Assembly (NCBI RefSeq): GCF_006345805.1
Contig: NC_042999.1
Location: 149,234,001-149,298,000, forward strand
Reading direction: 5' to 3'
DNA from: Octopus sinensis
Lineage: Eukaryota
Length of the DNA stretch: 64,000 nucleotides
Shown piece after piece: positions 63,317 to 64,000 of the stretch (within the stretch, counting starts at the first letter, position 1; every line of letters starts with the position of its first letter). The position numbers were made by a program, and so were the translations under genes. Below the pieces are notes generated by a model, which made no database searches, was not told where the DNA came from, and was given only the letters and a program-made list of their open reading frames with translations.

Positions 63317-64000
63317 TCCAGTGTATTTATCATATTTGAATCTTATGTTCTCCGATAGTCTGCTTGTGGTTTCACTACATCTCTAGTGCATGTGTGCGTG
63401 CATGTGTGTGTGTGTGTGCATTTGTGTGTAAACGGTGGAAGTCTAATAGCAAGAAACCATTGACGAGAGGACGGCAAACTTGTTAAGCAACAATAGAATC
63501 AGGTTACAGGATCGAGCAATCAGACATTGAGTAGAGAGCTTAGGTGAACACTTTTTTTCTCTTTTAAACAACTATGCACATACCAATGGCACGAAAAGCA
63601 AACCCCCGCCACACACAAACAAACACACACACACACACAAACTGCTAACTGCATTTTTATGAGTTTAGTTTGTCTTGTTTTTTTTCTTCATTTCTTAGTT
63701 TTATGTTGTAATTACATATTTACTAAAACCAACTGGAGAACCATCAATTAGTTTAAGAACAGCGGTAAGGCATGTATAGTTACAGATGTATTGGTCGGCA
63801 GGAAGGAAAAAAAGAATACCATCTATTTCAATATACTTTCTTTCTTGCTCTTCAATCCAGACTTGCATATTAAGTTGTCTACATAGCTATTAATGCATAA
63901 CAGCCAGAAAACATGAGAATTTCAGTAATCTCACACACATATCATCATATATTCAACCATTGAAGTTAGAGCTATTTTATTGCATGGCAAACCCTCAACT

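Noticed and set aside
1-64000. Most ORFs in the six-frame track (poly-Y/I, H/T, R/E, V, T, N peptides and SINE-derived peptides)
   Set aside because: They translate microsatellites or recurrent SINE/RTE 3'UTR sequence.

Overview
AT-rich eukaryotic genomic DNA made mostly of short interspersed repeats and microsatellites. The repeat families strongly suggest an octopus (coleoid cephalopod) genome; this is inferred from recalled repeat families, not from a search. Almost every ORF in the six-frame track is an artefact of microsatellites or repeats. Supported content: (i) at least four tRNA-headed SINE families, labelled A, B, D and E here; (ii) 5'-truncated LINE pieces (RTE ORF2 with a tandem-repeat 3'UTR, a BovB-like RTE zinc finger, a CR1/L2 C-terminus); (iii) two decayed Penelope-like elements (one GIY-YIG, one RT plus GIY-YIG); (iv) hAT-, piggyBac- and Tc1/mariner-type MITEs with TIRs and mostly recognisable TSDs; (v) Helitron-like elements, one in a head-to-tail tandem. 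A possible large-intron gene on the minus strand (first-exon candidate at 45349-45456, further short exons down to about 1.7 kb) is only weakly supported and its product is not recognised. The best novel-looking signal is a near-perfect palindrome of about 327 bp (38085-38411) in which each arm holds an intact minimal type I hammerhead ribozyme. Decayed hammerheads and other fold-back structures occur elsewhere. Repeat boundaries are approximate to about 10 bp unless a TIR/TSD is quoted.
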